DNA of 64,000 bases from the human T2T-CHM13v2.0 reference genome, Homo sapiens, in NCBI RefSeq assembly GCF_009914755.1, contig NC_060935.1; one strand, 5' to 3'. A program made the position numbers and the translations under genes. The notes beneath the pieces are model-generated. The model was not told where the DNA came from and searched no databases. It was given only the letters and a program-made list of their open reading frames with translations. This document shows, piece after piece, positions 1 to 12,494 of this stretch (positions are counted from its first letter, which is position 1; each line of letters begins with the position of its first letter).

Positions 1-1414
1 TGTCAAGAAAGCAAGTATATTCTCACATAGTATTACAAGGATTTGAGTGTCCAAGCAAAAGACAACAGCAGCTTCTCTGTCCTCTACACTGGTGTTTGCT
101 CTGTTTTGAATTATATCCTTTTAAAAGAGAGAATGACAAATGGGAGCATGAACAGAGGAACATGACCAGGAAAATGTTATATAAGGACAGTGTTGCTGTT
201 TATCTTGGAGGTATGATCACTGTCTTCCAATTTCAAGTGTTTGGAAGTCTATCATTTGGAAGCCAATGCACTATGTAGAATGGGCACTCAGTAAAAATGT
301 ATTGAACCAATGAGGGGATAAGCTTATGTAGGTTAGATCTAAAAGACAGCTACTGTGCAGATCTAAAGGATCTAATGAATGAAAATCAGTTGGTTGAAGT
401 TATAGAAAGGCAAATTTTAGCTCCATATTGAGAGACTTAACTGCAAAAGTGTTACCAGCTTACTGGGAAGGCTGTGTGTCTATAAACTATAGTCCACATC
501 TGAGTGCCATAGATAAAGCATTCTTAAATTCAGGGAAGGGAGAGTATGATTCTCTCCAGGGAATCAGAAAAGATTGCAAGGAAGGAGGGAAAATATAAGT
601 TAGGTTTTAATCGCAGTTAAGACTTGGACACCCTAAAAGTGTGGTTTTAGAAGAAAATGAGAGGAAGTAGGGGACATTTTAGGTCAGTGAACCACACAGG
701 CAAGAGCACCAAAGCAAGGAGTGTCTTCAGCTTCTATGTGAGGTGATAGGGTGTAATTCACTTTACTTGGAGAGTGGTGATCCAATGATTCCCCTGCCAT
801 TTGTTTTGTAAGTTAATCAAAATAGGAGCCGAAAATTCAGTCAGCTCAGCGTGCAGGATCATTGCATTATGAAACTGAACGTATTTTTGAGAACTGAACG
901 TATATATTTTGAGTCGTGTGTCGATCAGGATTTCATAAAGAAATTATGATGTGATTCTTTCACAAAGGATCTTGCCCTATGTACCTTTAATAGTGTCTTT
1001 CTGCAAACATGTATCTAATATATAGGGAAATACTTTTATTTGGAATCTCTGAATCAAGAGGGTTGTTTCTTTGAATGATTTTGTTAAAATGATCAAAGAA
1101 TATTTTTCTAGATGCTCACAGGAGAGCCACAATTACACCATTAGAGATAAATTTATTTGGTCTTGAGTGTCACTTTTCAGGATGTTCCTCATAAGTTGCA
1201 ACTATTCCTATCAAGTATTTAATATGAGCTTCAACTAATAAGGAAACATTAATTATTAGCCAAGTGGGAACAAATTCCAGTAGGATTAGAACATAGGATG
1301 GGAAGAGATTTAGGGGCAGGGACATGTGTGCATAAGGAAGGTGAGATTCTTAGGTGCCAATGATGAAATTTGCTTACATCATAATTACATTATTTTTAAA
1401 GGAAGTTTGGTGTA

Positions 1415-1434
1415 TTCCTTAACTTGGCTTTAAC
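1415..1434 (+). promoter_or_regulatory. U12-type branch point TTCCTTAAC and AC 3' splice site
   Basis: Exact U12 branch consensus ending 11 nt before the exon start, with no polypyrimidine tract. The ZDHHC13 frame (D-L-A-G) requires an exon start at 1435. Confidence 0.85.
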
Positions 1435-1559
1435 ATTTAGCAGGAGCCCCTTTCTATTTCAGTTTCATTTTCAGCATAGTAGCCTTTCTATACTTTTTCT
1501 ATAAGACTTGGGCAACTGATCCAGGCTTCACTAAGGCTTCTGAAGAAGAAAAGAAAGTG
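1435..1559 (+). CDS. ZDHHC13: ZDHHC13 coding exon (probably exon 11): (D)[41 protein letters not shown], a TM helix plus DPG motif
   Basis: 125 nt. The translation matches my recollection of ZDHHC13/HIP14L. It is preceded by TTCCTTAAC and an AC acceptor and ends at a GTGAGA donor. Phase is consistent with the next exon. Confidence 0.9.
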
Positions 1560-2432
1560 GTGAGATTTCTTCGTTACTGATATTTTTAATAGGAGGGTTT
1601 GTAAACTTTAGAAAGTTTATATGCACATATGCAGATGTGTTGCTTTTTGTTACGGCTGCATGACATGTGGGGTGATATAGCAAAAATTAGATTTCCACTC
1701 TTACAGTTTTTTCATTTATGTATATGAAAGTTTTAACACATATTTTTATTTTCTGTTGAAATAATACCCCACCAAGACTTTTTCAGATGTGATTCCTTTT
1801 AGGAATATGATCTCCTACTTCCTTGTAATAACATTTTCATAATGGTCATTTAGCTTACATTTCCCCACTAAATAAATGGAGAGTAACTAGTCAGTGACCA
1901 GGGAGAGTCCTTCTGCTTATTGGCTGAGGAGATGCCCCTCCTCCTCCTCAAATGTGAAGTTGTCAGATGACATGGCATGTTTTCCGTTGCTCATGAATGT
2001 TTAGAAGTTGGAGAATGTTGTCTTTGTTACCTAAAGCCAGTGTTCCTGAAAGACCCAGCCCTTGGTGCTTGTAACTTTCAGTTTTGATGTATACTGGTGG
2101 GTTTTTCTTTTTTAATGTGTGTGTATATTTGCATATTTATTTTTCTCTAGCAGATCATAACTGGGAGATGATTGCCATTCACAGAGATGAGGTGATAGGT
2201 GGGAGTGGTGGGGTGGTATAATTTTTATGCATCCTAATTTATTAGCTGTTGGTTGAAAATGCAACCTTGAAGAGTCACATCATTTCAAGCACAGAATGAT
2301 TTGGTGGCAAGTATTCCAAATTGCTTTTCTAACTACTTCAGTTTGGAGCGAGAACTGTGAGAATGGTGTATAACCATGCATAATACATTTTCCAATAAAA
2401 TGTGGTAATAGGTCAAACTTCATGTCTTTCAG

Positions 2433-2495
2433 AATATCATCACCCTTGCAGAAACTGGCTCTCTGGACTTCAGAACATTTTGTACATCATGTCTT
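2433..2495 (+). CDS. ZDHHC13: ZDHHC13 coding exon: [21 protein letters not shown]
   Basis: 63 nt, ttttc-type tract with CAG acceptor, GTGAGT donor. Contains the first CxxC of the DHHC cysteine-rich domain. Confidence 0.95.
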
Positions 2496-3183
2496 GTGAG
2501 TTTTTTCATATAATTTTTTTCCGTAGTGAAAGCAAAGTCTTGGTAACGTTGCTGATGTAAGCATTTGTCAGATCTTCATGGTATATTTATACACCTTTGT
2601 TTTTACCCATTTCTAATTTTACATTCCTGTCTGAACAGCTTTCTGTCTTGAACATATGGCAGAATGATGTTTATAATCTCTTGAAGTTGTCTCTGGTTAC
2701 ATCTCTCCGTGAATTATCCATTGTGTGTTTTATTTGCTTTTCTCTGTCATGAAGCATATATTAGAACTAACGTCAAATCAGAGGCTCATAATGACCTTAG
2801 AAACCACTTAGTGAAACCTCTCATTTTGCAATTGAGGAATCAAGGGAGGAAGTAAATTCTCCCAAATTATTGGTGGTGATAAAAATGGAACTTGGGTTTC
2901 CTTCCCTTGGTTGAGTGCTTATTTTGCTCTGTGGTACTGCCTCATTTCTGCTTAGCCAGTGTGAACAGGCTCTGGAATTCAGATCCCACTTAGTGATGTC
3001 CTAATCAAAGTAGACATATGGAAGTAAATACTAATAAGGCATTCCACAGCCTCTGTGTGAATTGATGGTCTGTTTAGGATTTGTGCCAATGCCTCTGTGA
3101 CCTAAAGTTAAAATTTTGCTTGTGATTTGTTACCACTTTGAGACACTGGTTTTTGCTTAGGCCTCTCTTAATTGCCCACTTAG

Positions 3184-3277
3184 ATAAGGAAGCCATTAAG
3201 GTCACTCCACTGCCATGTATGCAACTGCTGTGTGGCTCGATATGATCAACACTGCCTGTGGACTGGACGGTGCATAG
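3184..3277 (+). CDS. ZDHHC13: ZDHHC13 catalytic exon: [31 protein letters not shown](G)
   Basis: 94 nt, TAG acceptor, GTGAGA donor. DHHC-CRD pattern with DQHC at 3244-3255, characteristic of ZDHHC13. Confidence 0.97.
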
Positions 3278-3893
3278 GTGAGAGATTTAATTTTTCAATT
3301 ACTACTGTGAAGTTAAGCATATGTTTAGTTATGACTCACAGAAAAAGTGGAAGGGCATCCTAGGGCTCCATTTTCAATATTCTAGTATTCCAATAGCAAT
3401 GGGCCCATGCTTCGTTATTATGCTACAGGTAACATAATATTTGCACATGCATCATTCTGTTTGGTAGCCACAGGCCTGTGAAGTAGACAGAAAAAATATT
3501 ATCTCCATATTACTTGTAAAAACGCTAGATCAGAGAAGTTAAAACACTTAACTTACAGTGACACAACTAGTAATACATAAGCCTAGGTCTCCTGATTCCA
3601 ATGGGTGTTGTTCCTTCTGCCGGGTTTTGCTGCTCCAGGAGAAGGTCGGACCATGATGTAGTAGCTGAGGAGTATTTGTGTCATTAGCATTGAAATGCTC
3701 CCATCTCCAGCATTGAGAAGGCAGCGTGTGCAAGAGAAGACTTAGCTGCCTTGCCCTTCCCGCTTTCTTCCCTTCTGTAGAAGTTTCTCAGATTGTGGGT
3801 TGCCACTCTTTGCATGTCCAGTAGCAACATGTAAATTTGTTGCTGCTCCTCAGTTTCGTTTTCTGTGTTCCCCCTGATTAAGTCAATCCTTGA

Positions 3894-4190
3894 TATTCAG
3901 AGGTGGTGCTTTTACAAACATGTTACATGGAAGGAGGAAAGATACTGGGTATGATTTGTCCAAAATCCCGCCTGGTTCCCTTACTTCTGTCACAGGATAG
4001 GACAGCCTAGCTAGAAAAGTGTTTGCTTAGTTAACTTTATTCTATTCCAGAAGTTGCACTTTTACAAACATGTTGCATGGAAGGAAGAAAGAGACAGGGT
4101 ATGATTTGTCCAAATTCCTGCCTGCTTCTCTTCCTTCCATCACAGAATAGGCCAGCCTAGAGCAGTGTTTGCTTAGTTAACTTTATTCTA
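3894..4190. repeat. Diverged two-copy tandem duplication, unit about 150 nt
   Basis: CTTTTACAAACATGTT at 3909 and 4059. GGGTATGATTTGTCCAAA and GTGTTTGCTTAGTTAACTTTATTCTA each occur twice. Confidence 0.9.
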
Positions 4191-4433
4191 GTCCAAAAAA
4201 GTATCTTCTTTTAAGTAAGCAATGAATAAATATTAGTTCAGTTAACATGGACAATTGACTGTGACATATCAGAAATGTGTGGTTTGATTTAATGGTACTT
4301 AAAAGCAAAGCAACAGCTTTATTTCTGTTTTACTTTGGTGAAGACTTTTGACAGGAAAGTGGTTAAGGAGGTCTTATGTTGAAAATCAGAAGAAACGAAA
4401 ATATTAAGTATGTTTTTTTTCTTTTTTCTTGAG

Positions 4434-4517
4434 GTTTTGGCAACCATCACTATTACATATTCTTCTTGTTTTTCCTTTCCATGGTATGTGGCTGGATTAT
4501 ATATGGATCTTTCATCT
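4434..4517 (+). CDS. ZDHHC13: ZDHHC13 coding exon: (G)[27 protein letters not shown]
   Basis: 84 nt, long T tract with GAG acceptor, GTAAGT donor. GxxN(H) motif followed by a TM helix. Confidence 0.95.
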
Positions 4518-5899
4518 GTAAGTGTAAATTTTTCTTACAACAAGCACATACATCTACACCCATTTCTACTTTTCCTTGTAAACCCTTGTATATCACATTC
4601 TGGCTGGGTGACTATAAACCATACTCCTAATAAAAACAAAGCAAATGCCTCTAAGACTCCCTCAGCATTGGGAAGCTGCAAGAAATACAAGATGAGGTTA
4701 GTTCTCGGTACTTTAGGAAAAAAATGTGATAAATTTGAAAAGTAGTCAAAAATAGAAATTCATTTAAGGCAAGTGCAGATTTGCTCCCCAGTGAAGAAGG
4801 AAAGTCAGCTGCTGAAGTACAAAGCTGGAGGTGATAACTGAATAAAACAGGAAAAAAAAAAAAAAGGTCAGTGGTAGAGAGGTTGGGGGATAGTTGTCCA
4901 GTCATTAAGGAACAAACCTCTGAAAGCCCATGCCATTTGGTAAGTATCAAGTTGAAACTGAGAACTGATGGGAATACTAACAGTTAAAAGGTTGGAAATA
5001 GTAACTTGGAAGAAAACATTAGATCACTTATTCTGCGGCCCTGAGGAAGGAAAAAAGCTTTCAGTAGCGGTTTAAAAAAGTATATAGGGGTCTCACATAG
5101 GGAATGACAGCCAGCTGTTCTGAGGTGGTTGACTAAGAAGGACAGGGTTTAAATTGAACCAAGAAAGATTTTGGCTATGTCTTAAGAATTGCATTATTAT
5201 GTTTTTCAGACCTTGGAAATAGGTTACCTAACTGGAAAAACCTATAGTGCTTGTAGTTTATTTATTTGGACTTTAACTGTTTATTATTTATTTATTTTAA
5301 GGCTTTTGGAGAATTGGGCTCTAAACACAGAGGCTTCACTTCCATCCACCCTCTTGTTACATTCTTGGTCAAATCTTAGACTTTACCAGTAGGGTACTAG
5401 TTTGTTGCTTGAGCTGAAGTCTGGAGTAATTCCGAAAGACATTAAGAATGTTATTTTCCCCTTAGCATCATAAGCCCAATACACATACACATTTTTCCTC
5501 TCTTTCTCTCTTCTGTGTCTCTCTGTCTCTTTAGTTTAAAATTTTTGTTAGTTTTCGAAAGGCAATTCTTTGTACACTTGCCCCCCAGGCTCCCAGTTTC
5601 CCTCCCTAGAAATATCAAGTATTACAAATTTTGTTTTGTTTGGGGTTTCATTTTTAGAGATTATTAACTAGTATCTATGTGTAATGAGTTATTTTTTGCC
5701 CTGCCATAGGCATGGAGGGCTTCAGTTACCTTGTCAGACCCTTTCCTACCTGACGCCTTGGGTGTCTTTGATCACTAGGCAATGCTTTTGTAGCTAAATG
5801 TGACTGTCACCATTTTAAATAGGTCTAATAGTCAGAAGGTTGTAATCTCTGAGCTCAGTTCTTGTCAAAAAGGCCACCAGTAACCCTGAGCATTCTATT

Positions 5900-6227
5900 T
5901 TTATTTTAATTAATTTTAATTTTATTTGTTTGTTTTTTGCTTATTTATTAATGTATTTTTTGAGACAGGGTCTCACTCTGTCGCCCAGACTGGAATGCAG
6001 CGGCACCATCATGGCTCACTGCAGCCGTAGCTTTTTGTGCTCAAGTGATCCTCCTGCCTTGGCCTCCCAAATAGCTGAGACTACAGGTGCCTGTCACCGT
6101 GCCCAGTTAATTTTTAAATTTTTTGTAGAGATGGCATCTTCACCATGTTGCCCAGGCTGGTTTCAAGCTCCAGGCCTCAAGTGATTCTCCTGCCTCAGCT
6201 TCCCAAAGTGAAGTACTGCACCTGGCC
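5900..6227 (-). mobile_element. Alu, AluJ-like, with a short deletion near its 5' end
   Basis: Antisense Alu (TGAGACAGGGTCTCACTCTGTCGCCCAG...). AGCATTC(T/G)ATTTTTA on both flanks. Confidence 0.9.
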
Positions 6228-8540
6228 AGCATTCGATTTTTAAAACTTCTTAGATTATGTCTTATGGTGTAAAAAGTAAAAGAGTTTTTGACAGCGCTTG
6301 GTTCTATTGAGAAAGCTGCCTTTCAAGGCCTGACAGTAAAGCATATTCCTGGAAAACCTTTGTAAGTTGGCACATAGACCAACTTGTCTCTTGGACTGGA
6401 TCCTATGGGAGAGGAGCCAGAGTTTACACCACTCCTGCCTCTCTTCTCTTCTCTCTCTTCACTAAAAATAGTCACCTTTGTTTGGCATCTATGACCAGCA
6501 TAAGACTGTATTGATAAGGACAGAAGTGATTTTCCATCACATTCAGTCTTTCCAAGTTAGTTTTTTTATTACACATGTTGATTCTTCCCTTCTCTTTGTC
6601 TTTTTTCTCTGGCTCTGAACCAATTTTCATATTACATTTTGTTTCATAAGAACAGTCCCACCTTATATTCACTTACAACTGTATAAACTAGCTGAGTGTA
6701 TTTTGTTACCTTTATTCCATTTATATTCCAGCAATATTTCTTTACACTGAATGAGGGCCTTGTGTCATTTATTATTATTTCACAGACAAAACATGAACTT
6801 GTGCTCCATTTCTCTAATGAGGCCTCACTGTCATCCCACCTCCCTTGTTTACCATTAATGCTGTATTACTAGAGCCCTGCTCTATACTCTCCTTCTCATG
6901 TGATCCAATAGCTGCTACTTCTGTACAGCCTCCATCCATTTCATCTTTTGTAAGGTCTGTTTACAAGGTGGATAGTAAGTGACTCCAAAAGTGTCAGCAT
7001 CCTACAAGTTACAGAAAGAAAGATTGTAGATTACCATCAGGAAGAACTCTGTAACTGTCAGAGCCATCTAAAGATGAAAACGTTTGACCTGGAATGATGT
7101 GAGTTCCCTACCATTAGCCACTGGCCAGCTGATAAGAATGTATTAGCACAAATTAAAGTGTTACATTGCATAAGATAATGTACGTGACAACTTGCTGTTG
7201 TATCTTTGATATTAAATCTGAAAACCAGTATTCTGAAAACTTCAGTGTGAGATCATGCTGTATTATCAAAAGAATTCCCAGAAGGGAGCAGTAGAAATCC
7301 ATAAACTGAAAGAAAATAGATATTCTTTCCCAATCAACAGCTGTTTTCTCCACCTACTGTTGGAAATTATATTCTTTTTTGTGATATCAGGTGCATGGGA
7401 TGCATCTTTCTTTGCCATCCTAATGAGATGCTCTAGAGAGAGTGTAATTTGCCTTAACTTGTACCTTGATTGCTACTCTGTGATGATTGCTCTTAGAATG
7501 CTTCTGGCATATATTCATGAAAGATGGTTGGGAATCAGAGACTTAAAGAGAAAAGAAAAGTAGATTTTTAGGATTTAAATGGACAGTTGACAGGAAAGTC
7601 ATAGACTCATTTTCTTCCTGTCCCTGGAGTTCTTCAGAGCAGCATTGGGAAAATGTCCAAAACTGTTTATCAAATTGTCAGAGGCATTTATGAAACCTCA
7701 AGGTGCAAATCGACAGAATTATCTTTTAAAAATAATTCACCCTTTATGCATGGGCAGGGTGCCTGTAAAAGTCATTGGATTTACATAACCTTGAAGATCC
7801 GTTCCCTTGTTTCTGCTGCTTCCTGTGTGTATTTCTCCTTACTGCTGCTCCTAGCTACATGGGTTAGGAGGTTGATATGAAAGGCCATAGTAAAGTTCTT
7901 TAATTGGCACACCTGGGGAGAAACTGAGCTGTGACCATCTGAATCTTGCTCTATATTCTTTTCCCAGGTGTATCTGTCTTGTGAGTCCCTTCATCTGGCC
8001 TTTCTTCCTCTGCAGATTTAGTTATGGTGTCAGTGCAGAAGTATACCCATGCCCAGCTCCCTGCATGCTATTAGATTGTATTCTGATGATATCTAGGTGC
8101 TTGTGGGATATCTTGTGCCCACAGCAATGGCCTGTTCATCTGAATGCTTAATAAGAGTTTATATTCAGTCCTGTAATAGACCCATAGTTGCTATAAACAT
8201 GAATAAGGTAGGGAGTGTTCTAAACAAATAATTAACTTCAGGCTAGTATATCTTATGCTGAATGCTGATTTTAGTAAAGATTTTACGGACCCTTTTTCTT
8301 TATTCCTTCACTGTTAACTACTTATACAGTGTTATCATAGCCTCAATTAACATTGAGCCACCATTTTGTCATCTTTAGTTTTTGAACTGTCATGTGGAAA
8401 ATGAAATCCTAAAATTGAATCATGATCTGTGCCGTACTTTCTCTTCTCCCTATATAGAACTGCAGTGATTTTATCTTCTTGGAGACTGATAAGTAGTTTA
8501 TTGCCTTTTTTTTTTTTTTTTTTTTTTGGTGAATTCACAG

Positions 8541-8698
8541 ATTTGTCCAGTCATTGTGCCACAACATTCAAAGAAGATGGATTATGGACTTACCTCAATC
8601 AGATTGTGGCCTGTTCCCCTTGGGTTTTATATATCTTGATGCTAGCAACTTTCCATTTCTCATGGTCAACATTTTTATTATTAAATCAACTCTTTCAG
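8541..8698 (+). CDS. ZDHHC13: ZDHHC13 coding exon: (Y)[52 protein letters not shown]
   Basis: 158 nt, CAG acceptor after T22, GTATTT donor. Lies inside ORF 8429-8848. Confidence 0.95.
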
Positions 8699-10146
8699 GT
8701 ATTTATTTCTCTTCTTATAATGGCTTTGAGTAAAATTTCTAAAACTTGTAGTGAGACAGCCTTGAATTTAAAATCAGAAGATGCACATTCTGTTTTTACC
8801 TCTGTCACTGACTCTGTGGGTCTAGCCATGTCATTTAACCACACTTGAATTTCAGGTATTTTGTCTGTAAAATGAGGATAATAACGCCTGTCTACTACAT
8901 TAAACCACAAGATGGTTTAAAGGTTAGCATAATAAATTATTAGAGTATGACCTAGGAGTTACCTAATCTGACCTCTTTATTTTACAGATAGAAGTACAGA
9001 AAGGTAAATTGAATTGCTCAAGGTCACCCAGTGTGTGGCAAAATCAGAACTGGAAACTTAGGTCTTCTGCCAGTCCCATTCAAGGGCTTTTTCCATTGTA
9101 CAGTTAAATTATATGTTGTGTGTAAGCATAGTATAAACTGTAAACCATCATGCAAATGTCAGATGATTGTTTTCCCTCAGTTTTTCCAGCGCTGTTTGTT
9201 ACCCTTATTACTATGCAGTGTTTAAATGGATGAGAGTGGTAAGAAATGAAAAATACATCACTAACCAGTGGTCATAGTAATTACATTTTCAGAGAAGGCC
9301 ATGGCCATTAGAAAGTTCAAGCTCCAGGGCAGTAGTCACCTTCAGCTTTCTCCAAAGCTTTAGTCCCTTCCCTGCTGGCTTCCATCCCCTATGAGCCTAA
9401 CCTAATTCTCATTATTGCTGTGTCCTGCCCATGTGGAATGGGCAGCAGGTGGTCATCAGTCTGAATCAATTACTGTAAGACCTCAGATAATTAGAGCATT
9501 ACTCAACCAAAGCAAAGTATATTCCACTTTTATGGGAAAGTAATCAATCTCAAAATAATAATAATGATAATAATAACAAGAAGAGAAGGAGGAAGGGAGG
9601 GAAAAAGAAAGAAAGAGAAAAAAGAAAATGTTTAGGGATGAAACTGAGTTAATAATATTGACTAAACTGAGGTTTCCGAACATTCCTCTCACTCTCCTAT
9701 CACTCTGACTTCAATAGACTCCAGCAGCAAGAATAGATACTAGCATCTGTGATTATTAGTATTATCATTTATAATACCTAGTATTTATAATGCTTTGAGA
9801 CATTGTTTCTAATTATCTTTCTTTTTTTCTGGAATCTTAGAATAAGTACAAGTATATGAGATGATAATATCCTTAATTTTTTAGAAAAAGGTCAATAAGG
9901 CAAAAAATGGACTCAAAGTTTCAGATAATTTTCAAAAGGAAGAATTCAGAACAAAGCTGTTTTCTTAATGAACAAAACAATCCAGTTCTTCGGAAACGTT
10001 CATTTCCTGAGCGCTCTGGGTAGTCGTGGCTTTGACTGTAGCAAGTCAAGATGAGTGTCTAGGTTGTTGGTTAGGAGCATGGCTTTATTCTCACACTGAC
10101 CAAGGAGTCAGTCCCAGCTCTCCCACTCTAAGCTGTGTGGCTTTGA

Positions 10147-10500
<354 letters not shown>

Positions 10501-10852
10501 GCAGTTAGGTATTTTAAATAGACTATCTCAAATCCTTAAAATAATATGATGAGAGTGGTATGATGAGCTGCTTTACAGATAAGGAATTTGAGGTTTAAAT
10601 GAGATAACTCTGTGAGTAGTTATGGTTTTTAATGATTTAAGAATTTTTAAGTTACCTTAATTCTCAGTCTTCCCCATGTTTTTGGAATTAAATGTTCTTT
10701 ACTTCTGATTAACTTTTTCTTTGCCCCTTTTCAAGGAGATACTAAGGAGAACACACAAATTGAGATAATTGCACTGATACTGATCTTATATTGTTTTATT
10801 TATCTAAAAGTTGCACACTGAATGTGTGCAACCTTCCACCCTTCTTTTTCAG

Positions 10853-10950
10853 ATTGCCTTTCTGGGCCTGACCTCCCATGAGAGAATCAGCCTGCAGAAG
10901 CAGAGCAAGCATATGAAACAGACGTTGTCCCTCAGGAAGACACCATACAA
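10853..10950 (+). CDS. ZDHHC13: ZDHHC13 penultimate exon: [32 protein letters not shown](N)
   Basis: 98 nt, CAG acceptor, GTAAGC donor. TSHE is a variant of the DHHC-family TTxE motif. Confidence 0.95.
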
Positions 10951-12158
10951 GTAAGCGAGACCTGTTTTGGATGCTGAGTCCTGTGGAAGATCCCTAGTCA
11001 CTGGTTTCCTAAGCTGGTGCCACTACCCATGGCCATGCTGCTGTTCTGTAATTTGCCATCTAGTACAGTTGACCCCCCTTTTCTTAGAGAAGCTTTAGTG
11101 ATGGGGTGAGTGGTAAAGTCGTGAGCCCCACGGTGGTAAGAATTCGAGAGTTAGTTTACTGGACACAGCACAAATAGTAAGTGACTTTGAAGTTTTGCCA
11201 AGGTGGGGAATCTCTCCAGTCAAGCCACATGGTCACAAGGTTGTTTGTTGCTGGCGTGGAGTTGATGTGAGATAATTAAGTGTATGGCTGAGAGAGCCAG
11301 CCACAGGGTGCTCTGTAGAGAGCGTTCACTTGTGTGCTTTGCCAGGATTTTCAGCCTGGCTTTCTATCACCACTAATTCTTCTAGCCCTATGTTGAATGT
11401 GCCCTCTTGTACCAGGGAGAAGCCAATTTTTCAGATTTGGATTTGTTCCCCCTGGAGCATTTGGTTGTATAAAACACGTTTTCAGTTGAAAATGAGAGTA
11501 TGTATAGAAAGACCTTCGTCTTACGATATGAAAGATTGGGCTTTGAAGCTTATCTCCCTGCCACTTATGGCAGGGTCTTGGAAACTGGGAGTGCTGCAGA
11601 GGTGACCCAGAGCCCTCTGGGGATTTGAATGCTCGCTGCATATCTCATGAGCAGTCTATTTTAAAGCATGCTGTTGGTACAAGATGAAACTGTTAGGCTG
11701 TTAGACAAGGGGATCAGAGACTGGGATATAACTACAATGTGTATTTAGGAGAGGAGAGAAATTGACTTAACTGGGAAGAGGTGGCTAAAGCAATGGCGAG
11801 TGGAAAGGAGCGTAAACTTGTGATGATTGTTTCACATTGACAGTGATAATAAAATCCCTTTCTTTGTAGCTAAACCAGAGGAATAAATGTTTACTCCACT
11901 AAACTATGGAAGCCTGTGATAGAGTTGGAATTTGAAGCTGAGCCTTGAGAGATGTGGGGCAGGGCACAATGGAGTTGGGAGGGAGGAAGGGCATTCCAAG
12001 CCCTAGAGAAGAGTCTGAATAGAGGGACACATGAGAGCACTAGAGCACGTTTGCTGAATGATGGCAGCATCAACTAGAGGAACTCAAGGGAAAACCTGAG
12101 TCCCGCCCAAACCAAAGATTTTACTTGTTTTCCTCCCCTAAGTTACTTTTACTCAGTA

Positions 12159-12494
12159 CAGTAGTCACCCTTTCTCCATGAGGGATATGTTCTAAGAACC
12201 CCAATGGATGCCTGAAACTGCAGATAGTACTGAACTCGGTATATACCATGTTATTTCAGTCTGATAACCCAACAGGCAGGTAGTGTAGACAGAGTGGAAA
12301 CACCAGACAAAGGGATGATTTATGTCTCAGGCAGACAGAGCTGGATGGCGTGAGATTTCATCATGCTCCGCAGAACGGCATGCAAGTTAAAGCTTACTAA
12401 TTGTTTATTTCTGGAATTTTTCATTTTAATATTTTTGGGCTGCTGTTGACCACAGGTAACTGAAACTGAAACCAAGGGGAAGGGGACACTACTC
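12159..12494 (-). mobile_element. MER44-like Tigger-derived MITE
   Basis: TA followed by a CAGTAGTC terminus, and a GGGGACACTACT opposite end. The internal TTGTTTATTTCTGGAATTTT resembles MER44 (family assigned from memory). Confidence 0.65.
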
